The notes beneath the pieces are model-generated. The model worked only from the letters and a program-made list of their open reading frames with translations. It ran no database searches and was not told the origin of the DNA. A DNA stretch of 64,000 nucleotides from Carcharhinus amblyrhynchos (Eukaryota), in the NCBI GenBank assembly GCA_965287045.1, contig OZ336878.1, positions 62,434,001 to 62,498,000 of the forward strand. The letters are read 5' to 3'. How positions within the stretch are numbered: position 1 is the stretch's first letter; every line of letters starts with the position of its first letter. Shown here piece by piece: positions 25,543 to 37,842 of this stretch. The position numbers were made by a program, and so were the translations under genes.

Positions 25543-26665
25543 AGTGTGGACATCCCCTATGCAAGTGGAGAGTGTGGTGAAGAAAGCCTATGGTATGTTA
25601 GCCTTTATAGGAAGGGGTATAGAACATAAAAGCTGGAGTCTAATGTTGCAGTCGTACAGAACGTTGGTTAGGCCGCATTTGGAGTACTGCGTACAGTTCT
25701 GGTCGCCTTACTACCGGAAGGACGTGGAGACTCTGGAGAGAGTGCAGAGGAGGTTTACCAGGATGGTATGGAAGGACTGGGGTATGAGGAAAGATTGAAG
25801 AAATTGGGGCTCTTTTCCCTTGAAAGACGCCAACTGAGGGGGGATCTAATAGAGGTATATAAGATTATGAAGGGTATAGATAGAGTAAACAGAGGTAAGC
25901 TATTTCCTATGATAGAGACACATTGGACAAGGGGCCACGGACTTAAGGTGAGGGGGGAGAGGTACAACACAGATATTAGAGGGAGGTTTTTCACACAGAG
26001 GGTAGTGGGGGTATGGAATGCTCTGCCAAGTAAAGTGGTGGAGGCAAACACGCTAGAGTCATTTAAGAGCAACTTAGACATGCACATGAGTGGGTTGGAG
26101 ATGGGTGGATATAGGAGATTGTTTTAAATAAGGGTCATTAGCATTGGGGTGTCCCTGGTAAGGTAAATGGATATGGTACAATAATGTTTTTTTTCCTTTC
26201 CTTTCCATTCACAGGTTTTAAGTCGATCCGCCTTGTGTCCAACGAGGGGCACACACGCGATGGGTCGTACTGGAGCTGCTCTTGGTTGTTCGAGATTGGC
26301 CTAGTGCTTCATGTCGTTAGTGTGTGCCTAAACTGGACCAGATACTGGGCAAGTCGACAGCTCAGTGACTATCACTGATTGCTGTGCAGACACATGGATT
26401 TGGGCCGGTGTCTGTGGGAGTTTGCGCATTCTCCCTGCGCTTGCATGGGTTTTCTCCGGGTGCTCCGGTTTCCTCCCACACCCCAAAGATGTGCTGTTAG
26501 GCTGATTGGCAGGAATAAATTGTCCCTTAATCAGTTTCCCTCAATCTGGATGGCCATAAAACATTAGACAAGGGTCGTGGGTGGAGAGGGGGACTGGTGG
26601 TGTTGAGATGGTGGCGTGGGCTCGTTGGGCCAAAGGGCCTGTTTTTGTTCTTGTTCATTGTAATT
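25543..26665 (+). mobile_element. CR1-clade LINE 3' fragment of a different subfamily, with a ~530 nt extension containing a V-SINE-like core
   Basis: ORFs 25544-25798 and 25768-26127 (VRPHLEYCVQFWSP...FFTQRVVGVWNALP); core at about 26408-26530; terminal gggccaaagggcctgt tail. Confidence 0.85.
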
Positions 26666-27924
26666 AGCAACACAAGTTAAGGAGCTACTGTAGTCTCCTC
26701 AGAGAGGCTCACTGGCTGGAAATTATATACAATGGCAGACGCACCAATTACTAGCCCCATAATACTGAACTGCCAACAGAATAATCCTTTAATACAAACC
26801 AGTTCTTAGGTGTTTGTTCCTGTGTTAGCTTATGCAGCAATGTTTTCTATTAAAACAGTGACCTCTTCAAAAGGTACCTCACAGGCTGTAACACTCTCAG
26901 GATGAAGTCATGAAAGGTGCTACAGAAATGCAAGTCTTCCTTTTCGTCCATTCTAACCACAACTGGATTGAGCTGACGAATGCTGAAAATTAGTTGTTAA
27001 GCATGCTCTTCAATTATATCCGTCCTTCGAATTATTTCCATTTACCTCAGAGACCATATGTGAAATCGCTCAGTTATTCAAAGAAGTTACCTCACTCTTG
27101 CTAAAGGCACTACATGTCACTAATGTGTCATCAAAGCTCACAGGGTATTGACTAGGGTTAAATATCAGAATGAGAAATTGCTGGTTATTAAAGGCTAATT
27201 TGTGTAAAAGTGCAGGGGAGAAAAAGCAGTGTGTGGTGACCCACTGTCCTACACTTACGTAACTAGCTGCAGCTTAATAATTGATATCCAGCAGAGCGGC
27301 ATCAATTGAATGGACGCTATTTGAACAGGGCATTGAGGTAAAAGGAAAAAAAATAGTTATAGTTAATAATAACATGTTTTTTGAAAAATAAGCTGTACAT
27401 TTTGAGGAAGTGCTGAGCACAAAATTGGTGACAGCTAGAGGTAGGCACAGAGTTGTGGGCTGAATCATGCCAGACACAATATTGATACAGATCATATCAA
27501 TCAGCAACTGTATCTCCTAACATCACAAAACTGCAGCAGAAAGGACCCTTCTGCCCCTCCTCTGGTATTATTCAAATGACTTTCAACTATTTACAAGTTA
27601 GTTACAGTTGATTTTTCTTGGCCAATTCTTCAATCCTACAACTGTTTGATGCTTTGTGTAATTGTTTTTGAGTTGTCAAAGTCTACAAGGAGTGGTACTC
27701 TGGGACATTTTGTTGAACTGAAGGCTTCTGTACAGCCAGTTTCTTCCCCATTGGGTACATTTGCAACTGTTCCCCTTGGACTTGAATGACTTGGAAAATG
27801 AACAGAGATCATACAGAGCAGGACCAGCTGCTGGAGGGAGGAAGTTGAGATGGGCTCTCAGCAGGAGGCCATATTTGCTCAGCATGTTCATGCAGCAATT
27901 CTCCAATCTCAACAAGAGACAAAG

Positions 27925-28250
27925 TGTTGTGGTGTCACAGGACTAGTAATGCTCTGGGACCCAGTTGAATCACACCATGGCAAATGGTGAAACCTGAATT
28001 GAATAAAAATTTGGAATTAAAAGTCTAATGATGATCATGAAACTATTGTCAACTGTTGTAAAAATCCATCTGATTCACTACTGTCCTTCAGGGAAGGAAA
28101 CTCTGCCACCCTTACCTGGTCTGGCCAACGTTTGACTCCAGATCCATAGCAATGTGGGTGACTCTCAAATGTACTCTGAAATGGACAGCAGTTAGAAATG
28201 GGCAATAAATATTGGCCCAGCCAGTGACACACATCCCGTAAAATGAATAA
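27925..28250 (+). mobile_element. tRNA-SINE, same family as 4605-4940
   Basis: Shared catgaaactattgtc...ccttacctggtctggcc...gggcaataaat...cacatccc. Confidence 0.8.
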
Positions 28251-28321
28251 ATCTGCTAGCCATATAAACAATGTCAGTGAGGGAGGTCACTCATGCTCTC
28301 ATTAATCATTTCATTCCCCCT

Positions 28322-28630
28322 CATAGTATCTACAGTGCAGGAGGTGGCCATTTGGCCCATCAAGCCTGCATTAACAACCATCCCACCCAGGTCTATCCCC
28401 CCTGCAAGCTCACATATTTACCCTCCTAGTCCCCTTGATATTAAAGGGCAATTTATCATGGCCAATCAATCTAACCCGCACATCTTTGGAGTGTGGGAGG
28501 AAACCAGACCACCCAGAGGAAACCCATGCAGACACGGGGAGAATGAGCAAATTTCACAGACAGTGACTTGAGGCTGGAATCAAACCCGGGCCTCTGGCGC
28601 TGTGGGGCAGCAATGCCAACCACTGTGCAT
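28322..28630 (-). mobile_element. V-SINE
   Basis: Collinear with 19905-20227. Confidence 0.9.
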
Positions 28631-29399
28631 TAGAAAGAAGCAGGCAGAGCAGGCATGCAGCTACGCTAGGATGACAGCAGGATTCCCCCAAGTTGCAGGA
28701 TGCCATTGACTACACTGCATGTCTATTCGGCTTTATACTGGAACTGAATGTGTATCCCATTCCATCAACATTCAGTTCATATATGACCACTGGACAGAAT
28801 CACGCATACCAATGCCCTGGTATCCTGGAAGCAGTTGATTTGTGGCAAGCTGTATTTGAGCCGTCATGACCATTGGTAGATATTGGGTGACAAGTGCTAC
28901 CTGCCAGCCACAAGACTGATGATTCCCATACACATCCCAAAGTTATGTCTGCAAAATGCAGAATGTCTACAGTGCGAACTATGCTGCCATTCAAATGTGA
29001 TGCAGCCACTGGGCTGCTGAAACAACATCTCCCTGGGAGAAGCTTGGCAACAGAACCCGAGTGCAGGTCCATGGTGTTCTGTTGCATGTCGCGCTCCCTC
29101 ACCTTGCCAAAGAGATAAGCCTTTGTACCTGTGACGAGCTGACAAACATGAGGGGGAAGAGAAAGAGAAGAGGCAACATAGACAGCTCAAATTGGCTATC
29201 CACAAGGAACTCTGAGTGTGATACCAGCCATTGCAATTCAGTTTCTGACTCACCATCAGTCTGACACATGAACTTTCTACTGGCCATCACAATGCAAAAG
29301 CCATCACAAAATAAACATTCTAAACCAAATTTATAAATTAAATTTTGCCATATAATGTAGAAAAGTACATTTATCACCCCTGTAAATCATCTTATTGTC

Positions 29400-31720
29400 T
29401 TTATTTGTCCTGATGCTCCATTACAGCCATCTCAGTGGCTGGGCCTTCTAGGAGAGAAGGGGGCTGAGATTCAGTGTGGGAAGCTACGGATGTCCTTACG
29501 GGTCAACCATGGACAGCTCTGAATGTAGAAGGTCCAACTTGGCATGGACAGGAGCAGTCTAGGCTGTTTGGCTGACATGGCACTGGCAGAGTGTCAGAAA
29601 TGGGAGGTCATATACTGTCATCCTGTCAAAAAGGCAGCAATTTACACATCACAGAGCCACAGCAACTTCTTTGGGTGGGCAGCGGGGAAGGAGCTGGGGT
29701 TGACAATGTTATTAACTTGTTAGAGGACAGACTGCTGTGACACCCTCAAACCTCTTATTCACAGGGTATTCACAGCAAACTTCTTAGCTTGCACTCTAAG
29801 ATTCCATTGTAACGCTCAAATCTTGAGTATTTGCTGCTTGTGCTTTGTGGAAGTTGCAACATCAACAATCAGATGCTGCTTCATGATTGGGTCTACAAGT
29901 GTGAATGAAGGTGGCTGCTACCTCTTTGCTGGAAAGGATGGCACCAAGCTCTATGCTTATGCAAAGTTGCTGCTGGACTCCTCAATGACTGCTAGGCTTT
30001 CCAATGCTTGAATCATATTGTTATACATAGTCATCAATCTTCTTCTGCATGCTTCCCCAAAGTCCTTGTATGAGCTCCCTGCAATGGAACGTTTGTGTAA
30101 TCTTATCGTCTGCCAGGCGGCACCTTAGCTATATTTCCCCTCCTGTCTTGCCTGCTGCCCACTCATGGCCACTGTCTCAGTATGAGAGGATGGGCCATTT
30201 AATGTATCCTTGAAGATAGGCGCAGTGGTAGTATCAGAACTGGTGTCTGAGAGCGTGAAGTGAAATGACTATTTCCATCATCACTCCCTCTCCTTGGTAT
30301 TGCCCCACTGTTGGCTAGGTTGTCCCTTTTGGATATCTGAAAGGAGAAAGGTTAAAGGATAAGATGAGGCTGAATTTTGTGTGTCTCCTACAGGCATGTT
30401 TCCTGCAAGGGGGGGCAGGGGTATGTGGAGAAGGGGTGGTGGCTGTAAAATGGGGTGGGCACCTATCCACCACCATCTCGCCCACCATTGAGCTCACTCT
30501 TATAATTCAAAAAGTGAAGGGAGGTTGCTGATTTTGGTGCCTGTGCGCCATATTTAAATGAGCAATTAAGGTTCAATTAGGCTTGAGTAATAAGTCTTCA
30601 GAGGCAGAAGTCCCTTCACCAAAATCCCTTTATTTACAAACAGTAACAGCAGTACAGAGTGCAACTGGTTAACAGTCTATCTCCAGGGGGTGTCAGAGGA
30701 ACGGACACTTCTGGTACAAGGCAAAGGCTCCCTGATTGGCACATCAATTGGACCCTTAATCAGGGAGTTCATACTCCAATTAGGCCAATCTCAATGGCCT
30801 GATTGAAGTCATTACAGCTTATTATCAAGGCAATTGACTGATAACACTCTTCCCTTGCCATAATAAACTGCTGCTGAGTGGGAGCAGGAAGTCCACTTTT
30901 TAACCTCAAATGATAAAAGGGATAGAAGGAAGAGGGGAATTCAGGAACCCTTTGCCAGTTTCAGGGTGGCCCACTCTGTAGGTTGAATTCCCTCCACTTC
31001 CTTAGCAGCCGCTCCCTGTTTTAAATCCACCCATGCCCCTCTCCCTAACCCACACAAACTCTCCTGGCGCAAGACCCAGTCTTACCTGCACCCAGGGTCC
31101 AAGGTCTTGGGGTCCCTCCTTCACCAGCAGTCCCAGTTTCAGCTATTGATGTCTTCCTAGCTCTGCCAAGACTAATGGACCTGCCAGCCATCTGACTGGC
31201 TGGCTGCTCCAGAAGATGGGGCTTCCATCCTAGAGAAGGGCTGAACTCCCACTTAGGCCTCATTATTCCAGCCCCCAATGCTCTTGGCTGTGGGGTGGGT
31301 AGTGAGTTTAGCTGTGCCTGGGGTTCATGATTGTTGTGATATGTAATTTGAAGATGTATTCACTGATCTTGACCATTTGTGCAAGGTCTTTGAACTTCTT
31401 GGGTGCCACCTCCATGTCCATGATGCAAACCTCCTGGCATTGACTTCCATGGCTATCTGCACCCACTGCCATCTCAGTATGCATCCAGAGGACCGCTTTC
31501 TCACTGTAGTTATAGGAAATCGCTCTTCTTTTTCACCTTGTCCACCAAAGTCATCAATGCAGCACCCAATATGCCTAGAGCTCTCATCCACTAATGCTCT
31601 GTGATTCTCCAATATTTCCTTGGTCAGAATCACCTCTTGCATGATTATCAGCAGCAGAATACACCTCACTGTTAAAAAGTGCAGGCTAGTTTTAAGTAGT
31701 GCTAGCCACTCATGATAATG
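29400..31720 (-). mobile_element. Decayed Harbinger ORF1 (Myb/SANT-like) region, same family as 44780-48040
   Basis: WVQIAMEVNAR...KFKDLAQMVK on the minus strand, followed by gaatacatcttcaaa, which also follows the Myb exon at 45146. Confidence 0.6.
30586..30816 (-). mobile_element. Candidate solo LTR (231 bp)
   Basis: Minus strand starts TGTAATGAC and ends TTATTACT; contains CCAAT boxes and AATAAA; flanks gcttg / gctta. Confidence 0.55.
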
Positions 31721-31804
31721 GTCTCCAGATGGCTGGATCCCTAAGTGGGAAATCTGCACTCATCTAATTCTGGCTGAGGATTCAGCATCCCCAAATTTGT
31801 TGGA

Positions 31805-32292
31805 ATGTGTGGATTAGGTTAATTGGCCATGCCAAGTTGCCCCTTAGTATCAGGGGGATTAGCAGGGTAAATATGTGGAGGTATGGAGATAGGGCCTGGG
31901 TGGGATTGTTGTCGGTGCATGCTCGATGGGCCAAATGGCCTTCTTCTGTACTGTAGGGATTCAATGAAGGAGGCTTGTATGGAGCATAAACACTGGCAAT
32001 ATGCCAAGTGATTTATTTATTAATTAGTGTCACAAATAGGCTTACATTAACAGTGCAATGAAGTTACTGCAAAAATCCCCTAGATGCCACACTCCAGTGC
32101 CTGTTTGGGTACACTGAGGGAGGATTTAACATGGCCAATGCACCTAACCAGCACAACATTCAGACAGAGAGGAAACCAGAGCATCCGGAGGTGAATTCAC
32201 AGGGAGAATGTGCAGATTCCACACTGACCCAAGCCGGGAATCAAACCTGGGTCCCTGCCATTGTGAGCCAGCAGTGTTAATCACCGTGCTTG
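31805..32292. mobile_element. Two V-SINEs tail to tail (31805-31965 +, partial; 32010-32292 -, alternative tail)
   Basis: Core and tail motifs as in other copies. Confidence 0.85.
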
Positions 32293-33619
32293 TTTCTGTC
32301 TGTAAGATTATATGTAATTCTATGTGGCTTCACACCTTAGATCCTTTTCACAGTGCTTCCTGCTAAATGGATGCCATATACTTACAGCAGTTTCTCAGAC
32401 AGCCAAAACTTTACAACTGATTTAAAATGGAAAGTGGAAAGTAAATGGGCAAGGAGCCATGGGTAATGATATAGTTATGTTTTCTGAGCACAAGTGTGGT
32501 TAAAGTTATTTAACTTGCTTATTGTGGGACAGTCAATCCTTCATTCTAATTCTGTGTTTGAATACAGGCAATTACCAGAACCAGGCCAAATAATCAAACA
32601 GCACCAGTTAATGCACTAGCAATTCTCCACCCCGCACATTTACATTGCAGATGATAAACTGAAGTCAGTGCCTTTACTATAAGCAGTCTTGTTAAGAGGT
32701 AAATCTGTACCATCAATAATATAGCAGGGAATGTTGTGCTTCTGACATAAATATTTATCATTCAGAGCAAGAGCAAATGACCTTTAAAACTTAAGGCATT
32801 CATCCTGCACATGCATAGCCTGTCAGGTGTGTGCACCAGCCTGTGACCAATCATTGACCAGTCCATGAAAAAGTCACTTTACCTGAATTACATGAAATAC
32901 TGCACTTTAGTCATCCTGCTGCCCATCTAATGAAACCTCACTGTCACAGCTCTCTCCAAATTGATGCCGGTGGTTAATCCAACTTTTCACCATGGCAGAT
33001 GATATTCAGAACCTTCTTCAATGACCTACCTCGGCCAGCTTTATAATTTCATGCTTAAACTCATCATGTCAATGTCTCATCAGCTTCCTCTGACCTGGGT
33101 GCATTTATTTTAAGCAAATGTTGAGGGGGATTTATCTTGGAAATTAAAACCTCAGCTCTCTACATATCTGCTAAGCCTCAAAATACAAGCCAGACATTTC
33201 CTTTCACTTATTTCCATAGAAATGAGGCTTGCTTGATGTGTCAAAGTTGACAATAACCAACATGAAAGAGGATCAAACATTTTGAATATGATGCACAGAG
33301 GCCTGTTCTTTGATGTCATTTACACTATTCATCTTTTTTCAATCCAGGTGTAATATTAACAGGAAGAAAAGTACTGCATCGCTCCCCAGGTTTAGTTTGC
33401 AACATCTAACAGGAAGCCAGGATATATTACCCTGTCATATAAAAGGCGTCAAACTCAAACTATGCCAAAGGGCTTGAAAACATTTACTCGTGTATGGTTG
33501 CCAGCTGTAGAGTCTTCCATGACTATTACAGGATTCAAACATTCAACTTGCTTGGATACTGTAATATCCCAATTTTTACCTTTTTAAACCAGTTTCCAGT
33601 GGAAGAGTCTATGTAATGT

Positions 33620-33915
33620 GATTGCGGTATGATGAGGGTACCAAACCCAACTCTACCAACTGGAAGGTAATAGTGCATAGGAATACCAGAACCTCCACAT
33701 TTTCCTCCAAGCCACTAACCATCCCAAATTGGAACTATATCGCTGGTCCTTACCTGTCACTGGATCAAACTCACTGCCAAACAGCACTGTGAGAATAACT
33801 TCACTGCATGGATGCAGAGGTTGAAGAAGGCAGCTGACCAACACCTTCTTAAGGGACAAATGGGGATGGGTGGATGACAAATTGCCCATAAATAAAAGCA
33901 AATTCACTGACGCAC
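33620..33915 (+). mobile_element. LINE 3' fragment, old, homologous to 56830-57250 (-)
   Basis: ttcctccaagccac...ccatccc...ttggaactatatcgc...tgtcactggatcaaa, mirrored at 56960-57080. Confidence 0.6.
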
Positions 33916-35444
33916 AACACTTATTTCTGCACTGCTTATATGTCCAAGCTACGTTTAAACGGCTGCTGCTATACTGTGATGGCAGTAATGATTATACCAA
34001 TGTCACTAGGGAAACAGGTTCTGAACCGACTAAAATCACAAGGCCTGAGACTGCAAGAATGCTTTCTCACACCACATGGCTCTCTCACTGAATGGAGAAT
34101 AACTTCAATGCGTGGCATATGCAAGTCCAAGCACAGAGTTCCCTTGTTAATGGATATAAGCTCATGTTTGTTGACTGCTGAAGGCTCGCCATGGATATAG
34201 GTGCTGTGAATATGATAGCGTGATTACCACTGCTGTGCTTTTGCTTGTTATAATAATGCAGATGCACACAGCTCTTTTGCCTGATCCACGATAATACATG
34301 AAACAGGTGTTGATGGAATGCTGAAACCACATTTCACATTGCTCATATGTCAGATGTACATCAGTATTCCACCTAAATATTTGATTAAGTAAAGATTCTC
34401 TAAATAGAGAGGATCAATAGCAAGCCATTTCTCTTATCTGCTTCACATCCAGTGTGAATGATGAATGGGCATTGAAAGGGCTTTCTGGACTAGGACTTCA
34501 ATCCTTTCCCTTTATTTGGATGTTTATTATACAATTTGCCATGATTAATTTTTTTGCTTCATGAAAGTAAAGGGTTTCAGTGCTATGTAATGGAGTCTCC
34601 CCCTTAATATCAGCATCAAATGCTTTCAGGTCATACAGCTGGTTATCTTACATTCCCGTTTCCTCCACCAGCCAATCTGTGAGTGAGATTTTCAATTTTA
34701 TGACAATTTACACTTTGTCTCCCCCCCACCATGCCCTTGCTCACAGCGAACCAGGTTGAGACCACTCACTGGTGGCCTGTACCGATGGCTGACTGAGCAA
34801 ACTTTAATCTCATTGTTCTGGCCCGGAGCTGAACACAAGCCCCAGACCTGAAGGGACACTGTACCAAAGTGGTGCGTCAGTCTGTCTCCCAAGTAAACAT
34901 TCGTCCTGATGGATAGTTTGTCTGAAGGAAATACAGAACTAAATCTACACAAATGTCTCCGTTAATGGCTCAGAATCTGTGATGAACTGAGCAACTGATT
35001 GATGTGGGCAATTCACCATAACTGATAATTCTACTTCTCTCGCCTCAGGGAATGTTGAAAATTTAGCTTGGTGCTACAAATTATCAAAGTATCTCCTTTA
35101 GCCATGTTAATCGTATGTACAATGGCATTACAGCAGTAATTTGAATGTAGCCCTTCCCTCCTTGGTTCTTCCAATATTCATGCTTCATACTCAATCTTCT
35201 TGCCACACAAGATGTTTCTCAACTACGATTGAAATGCTGAATGCACAAGTGTTGGATGACAGTACCCATACAAGTACCTCTGTTCCTTGTCTCACTGAAC
35301 CAGCCAAGCAGCCCACAGAATTAAACAACCAGTTTTCTGCATTGCTGCCCTGTGAGGATCACTCACATTAGAAAGAAAGATGCTCAACCAGACAATAAAA
35401 GGTACTTGTCTCCATGCAGCCATTCCTCCATTGGCACTAGTCCT

Positions 35445-35800
35445 TTTTTTTTTATTAATTTCGTGGGACATGAGTGTCACTGGCTGACCAGCATTTATTG
35501 CCCATCCCTAATTGCCCATGGTGAGTCAACCACATTGATGTGGGCCTGGAGTCACATGCAGGCCAGATCAGGCAAGGATGAAGATTTCCTTCCCGAAAGG
35601 ACATTAATGAACCAGATGGGTTTTTTTTTCCAAACAATCTACAATAGTTTCATTGTCATCAGTAGATTCTTATTTCCAGATTTTTATTGAATTCAAATTC
35701 TACCGGCTGCCATGGCGGGATTTGAACCTGGGTCCCCAGAATGTTAGCTGAGTTTCTGGATTAATAGCCTAGTGATAATATCAGTAGTCCATTGCCTCCA
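35445..35800 (-). mobile_element. tRNA-SINE, same family as 4605-4940
   Basis: Reverse complement of the 4605 copy, including the ggatttgaacc B box. Confidence 0.85.
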
Positions 35801-37158
35801 CCTAAAAGGCACAATGTAAATAGAAGATTCCAGGATACCAACAACCAAAATGCCATCAATTCTGGTTCAACCTCGACTGTCCATCTTACAACATGATTAT
35901 ACAACAGAGATGGAGGTTAGCAGATAATCAAGATCATACTAGAATGAGGGAAACACTCTTCAGTCATTCACAGTGATCCTGAGGTACTGGTTATCTTCCG
36001 TTTTGTTCCAAATTGTTTACTGAGTTAACCATGAAGCTGAGAGGAAAGATAGACGCAAGATTGTAAGAACAGCACAAGGGAATCAGGGGTTGGAGAGAGG
36101 TCGTAACAAATGGCAAAGATTGCTGGAGGGAAATGATGAAACAGTCCCTGAATCAGTAAAAGGAATGCATAGGTCAGCTATTCAGAAAGAATAGAGGAGC
36201 CCTTTAGATATGTCTTTCCTACATCTGTGCTTTTTCCAAACCTTTCACTGATTCGAGAGCCAAATAATACCCTCGTTCCTTCTGGCACACCAAAAATACA
36301 AAGTGATCAAATTCAGGCTCCTCTTCGACTGGGAGACCAGATGGTGCCAAGGTGGAATGTACGCTGCACCTTTCGCCCAGTAGAGACCTAAAAGCGCATT
36401 AAGGTCCAGTGGACATCAGAGAATGCCAATGGATGCATAGGTTGGGTATGCATTTGCTTTGCAGCAACCAATTTAAAGAACCCAGATAATGATGGCCAGA
36501 GAAATGGCAGGGAGCAGTGGCAATATCTCAGTGTGCAGTTGATCAAGTACAAGGTCTCAAAACCGCTCCTTTTGTTGGGGAGAGGAAGTTGAACCTTCTG
36601 TGATACCTAGCAACATCCAAAGATAGCAGAGGAAGCAACATTTTTAAATCTATAAATGATAAAGATTTATATATCGATAATATTATGGACATTCGTAAAC
36701 ACATGTCCTGACTTGTTATTTTCTGGGTGATAAATGTGATGGTAGCACTGACGATAAATCATTTGTTAAACTTGCCTTGGTGTTGTTACAATGATTTGCC
36801 CATTGAGAATATCATTATGGATCAGCTGGAAGTAACATGCTTGCCATCAATGAAAGTCACAGCAACCATCAAAAAACAGGAATGTAAACAGAATAAAACA
36901 ATTACAATGTGTGACCAGTGTTTGTGTTAGATGGAAAATGTTCACTTTTACATTCAGCTGGGAAGTGAGTGACAGTGGATAATTTGTACATTTTTACACA
37001 TTGGCTGCTGATACAGAACGGATGTATGTGTGCATGTGCACACATCCTTTACATAAGAAGTATTTTGACAATGATTTCTCTCATTGGGGGTTTGAGTAAT
37101 ATTTATTGGCTGACTTTGGCTTACACTTATCATTTATAAGATCATCTTATCAACTCCT

Positions 37159-37285
37159 TGGGTGGGATTTTATGTCGTTGCTCTTCCTGAAACCATAAAA
37201 CCTCATCTGAGGTCAATAGACCTTCCCATTGTCTGTCCCTCGCCTGTTCCAATTCCCGTGACAGGTGGGGTGGTAAAGTTCCGAT
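37159..37285 (+). mobile_element. MITE
   Basis: gggtgggatttta...gtaaagttccg; homologous to 53738-53862. Confidence 0.7.
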
Positions 37286-37694
37286 GCTCATGTTTGCAAT
37301 CCGTTAGGTGCTTGCTATTCTCTCTCTATATAAGAAATGTTACGGAATCAGTGGGAAAAAAGTAGCCCACACATTCATATTTTCATAAATGCATGTACAT
37401 TGGTTCTACTTTAGCTCAATTCAGTCCTCATTTCTGTTGAAAAATAATGCAAGCTATAAATTCATGTTCCTCAATCATTTCAACGATTATCCCATGTTTT
37501 CTTCATACGAGTTCCTACCACCTAGCAATTTCTATAGATAGGTGTCTTTTCCCTAAATCAATGATTGACAGAGTAACTGCCTCCAAACTTGTCCATAAAT
37601 TTTTAACTTGAGAGCCAACAAGTCTACTTGTTTTAGTTCAGGGACTCCAGCTGAGTGCAATAACTCGATGATAAAAGGGAGAGAGGACGCTTAC

Positions 37695-37842
37695 CTAGGC
37701 TGAAGAGCACAAGGAATTTGAGGCACACAAACTCTCGCTGGTCAAGCTGTAATGAGCGAAGTTTCAGTACAAGCTCCTGAGCATGACTCATGAGATTATT
37801 GAGAGTGCTCCCTGCCTGTGAGGCGATTACAGAGAAATCCAC
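37695..37842 (-). CDS. NR5A2: NR5A2 (LRH-1) penultimate coding exon, LBD H6-H8, 148 nt, phase 0/1
   Basis: Translates [49 protein letters not shown](D). Matches NR5A2 ([18 protein letters not shown]) much better than NR5A1. Polypyrimidine tract plus cag acceptor, GTAAG donor at 37694. In frame with the 53379-53498 exon. Confidence 0.97.

Larger units (their letters stand above)
1..37694 (-). other. NR5A2: Probable last intron of NR5A2 (>37.6 kb); terminal exon (DVKNLEN...MLHAKR) not seen in the window
   Basis: GTAAG donor at 37694; no minus-strand ORF resembling helices 9-12 in the ORF track or by eye. Confidence 0.75.

Noticed and set aside
27274-27330. Minus-strand peptide SIDAALLDINY resembling NAALLDY of the NR5A2 terminal exon
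   Set aside because: Only five residues match, a stop follows immediately and the flanks are unrelated; chance similarity.
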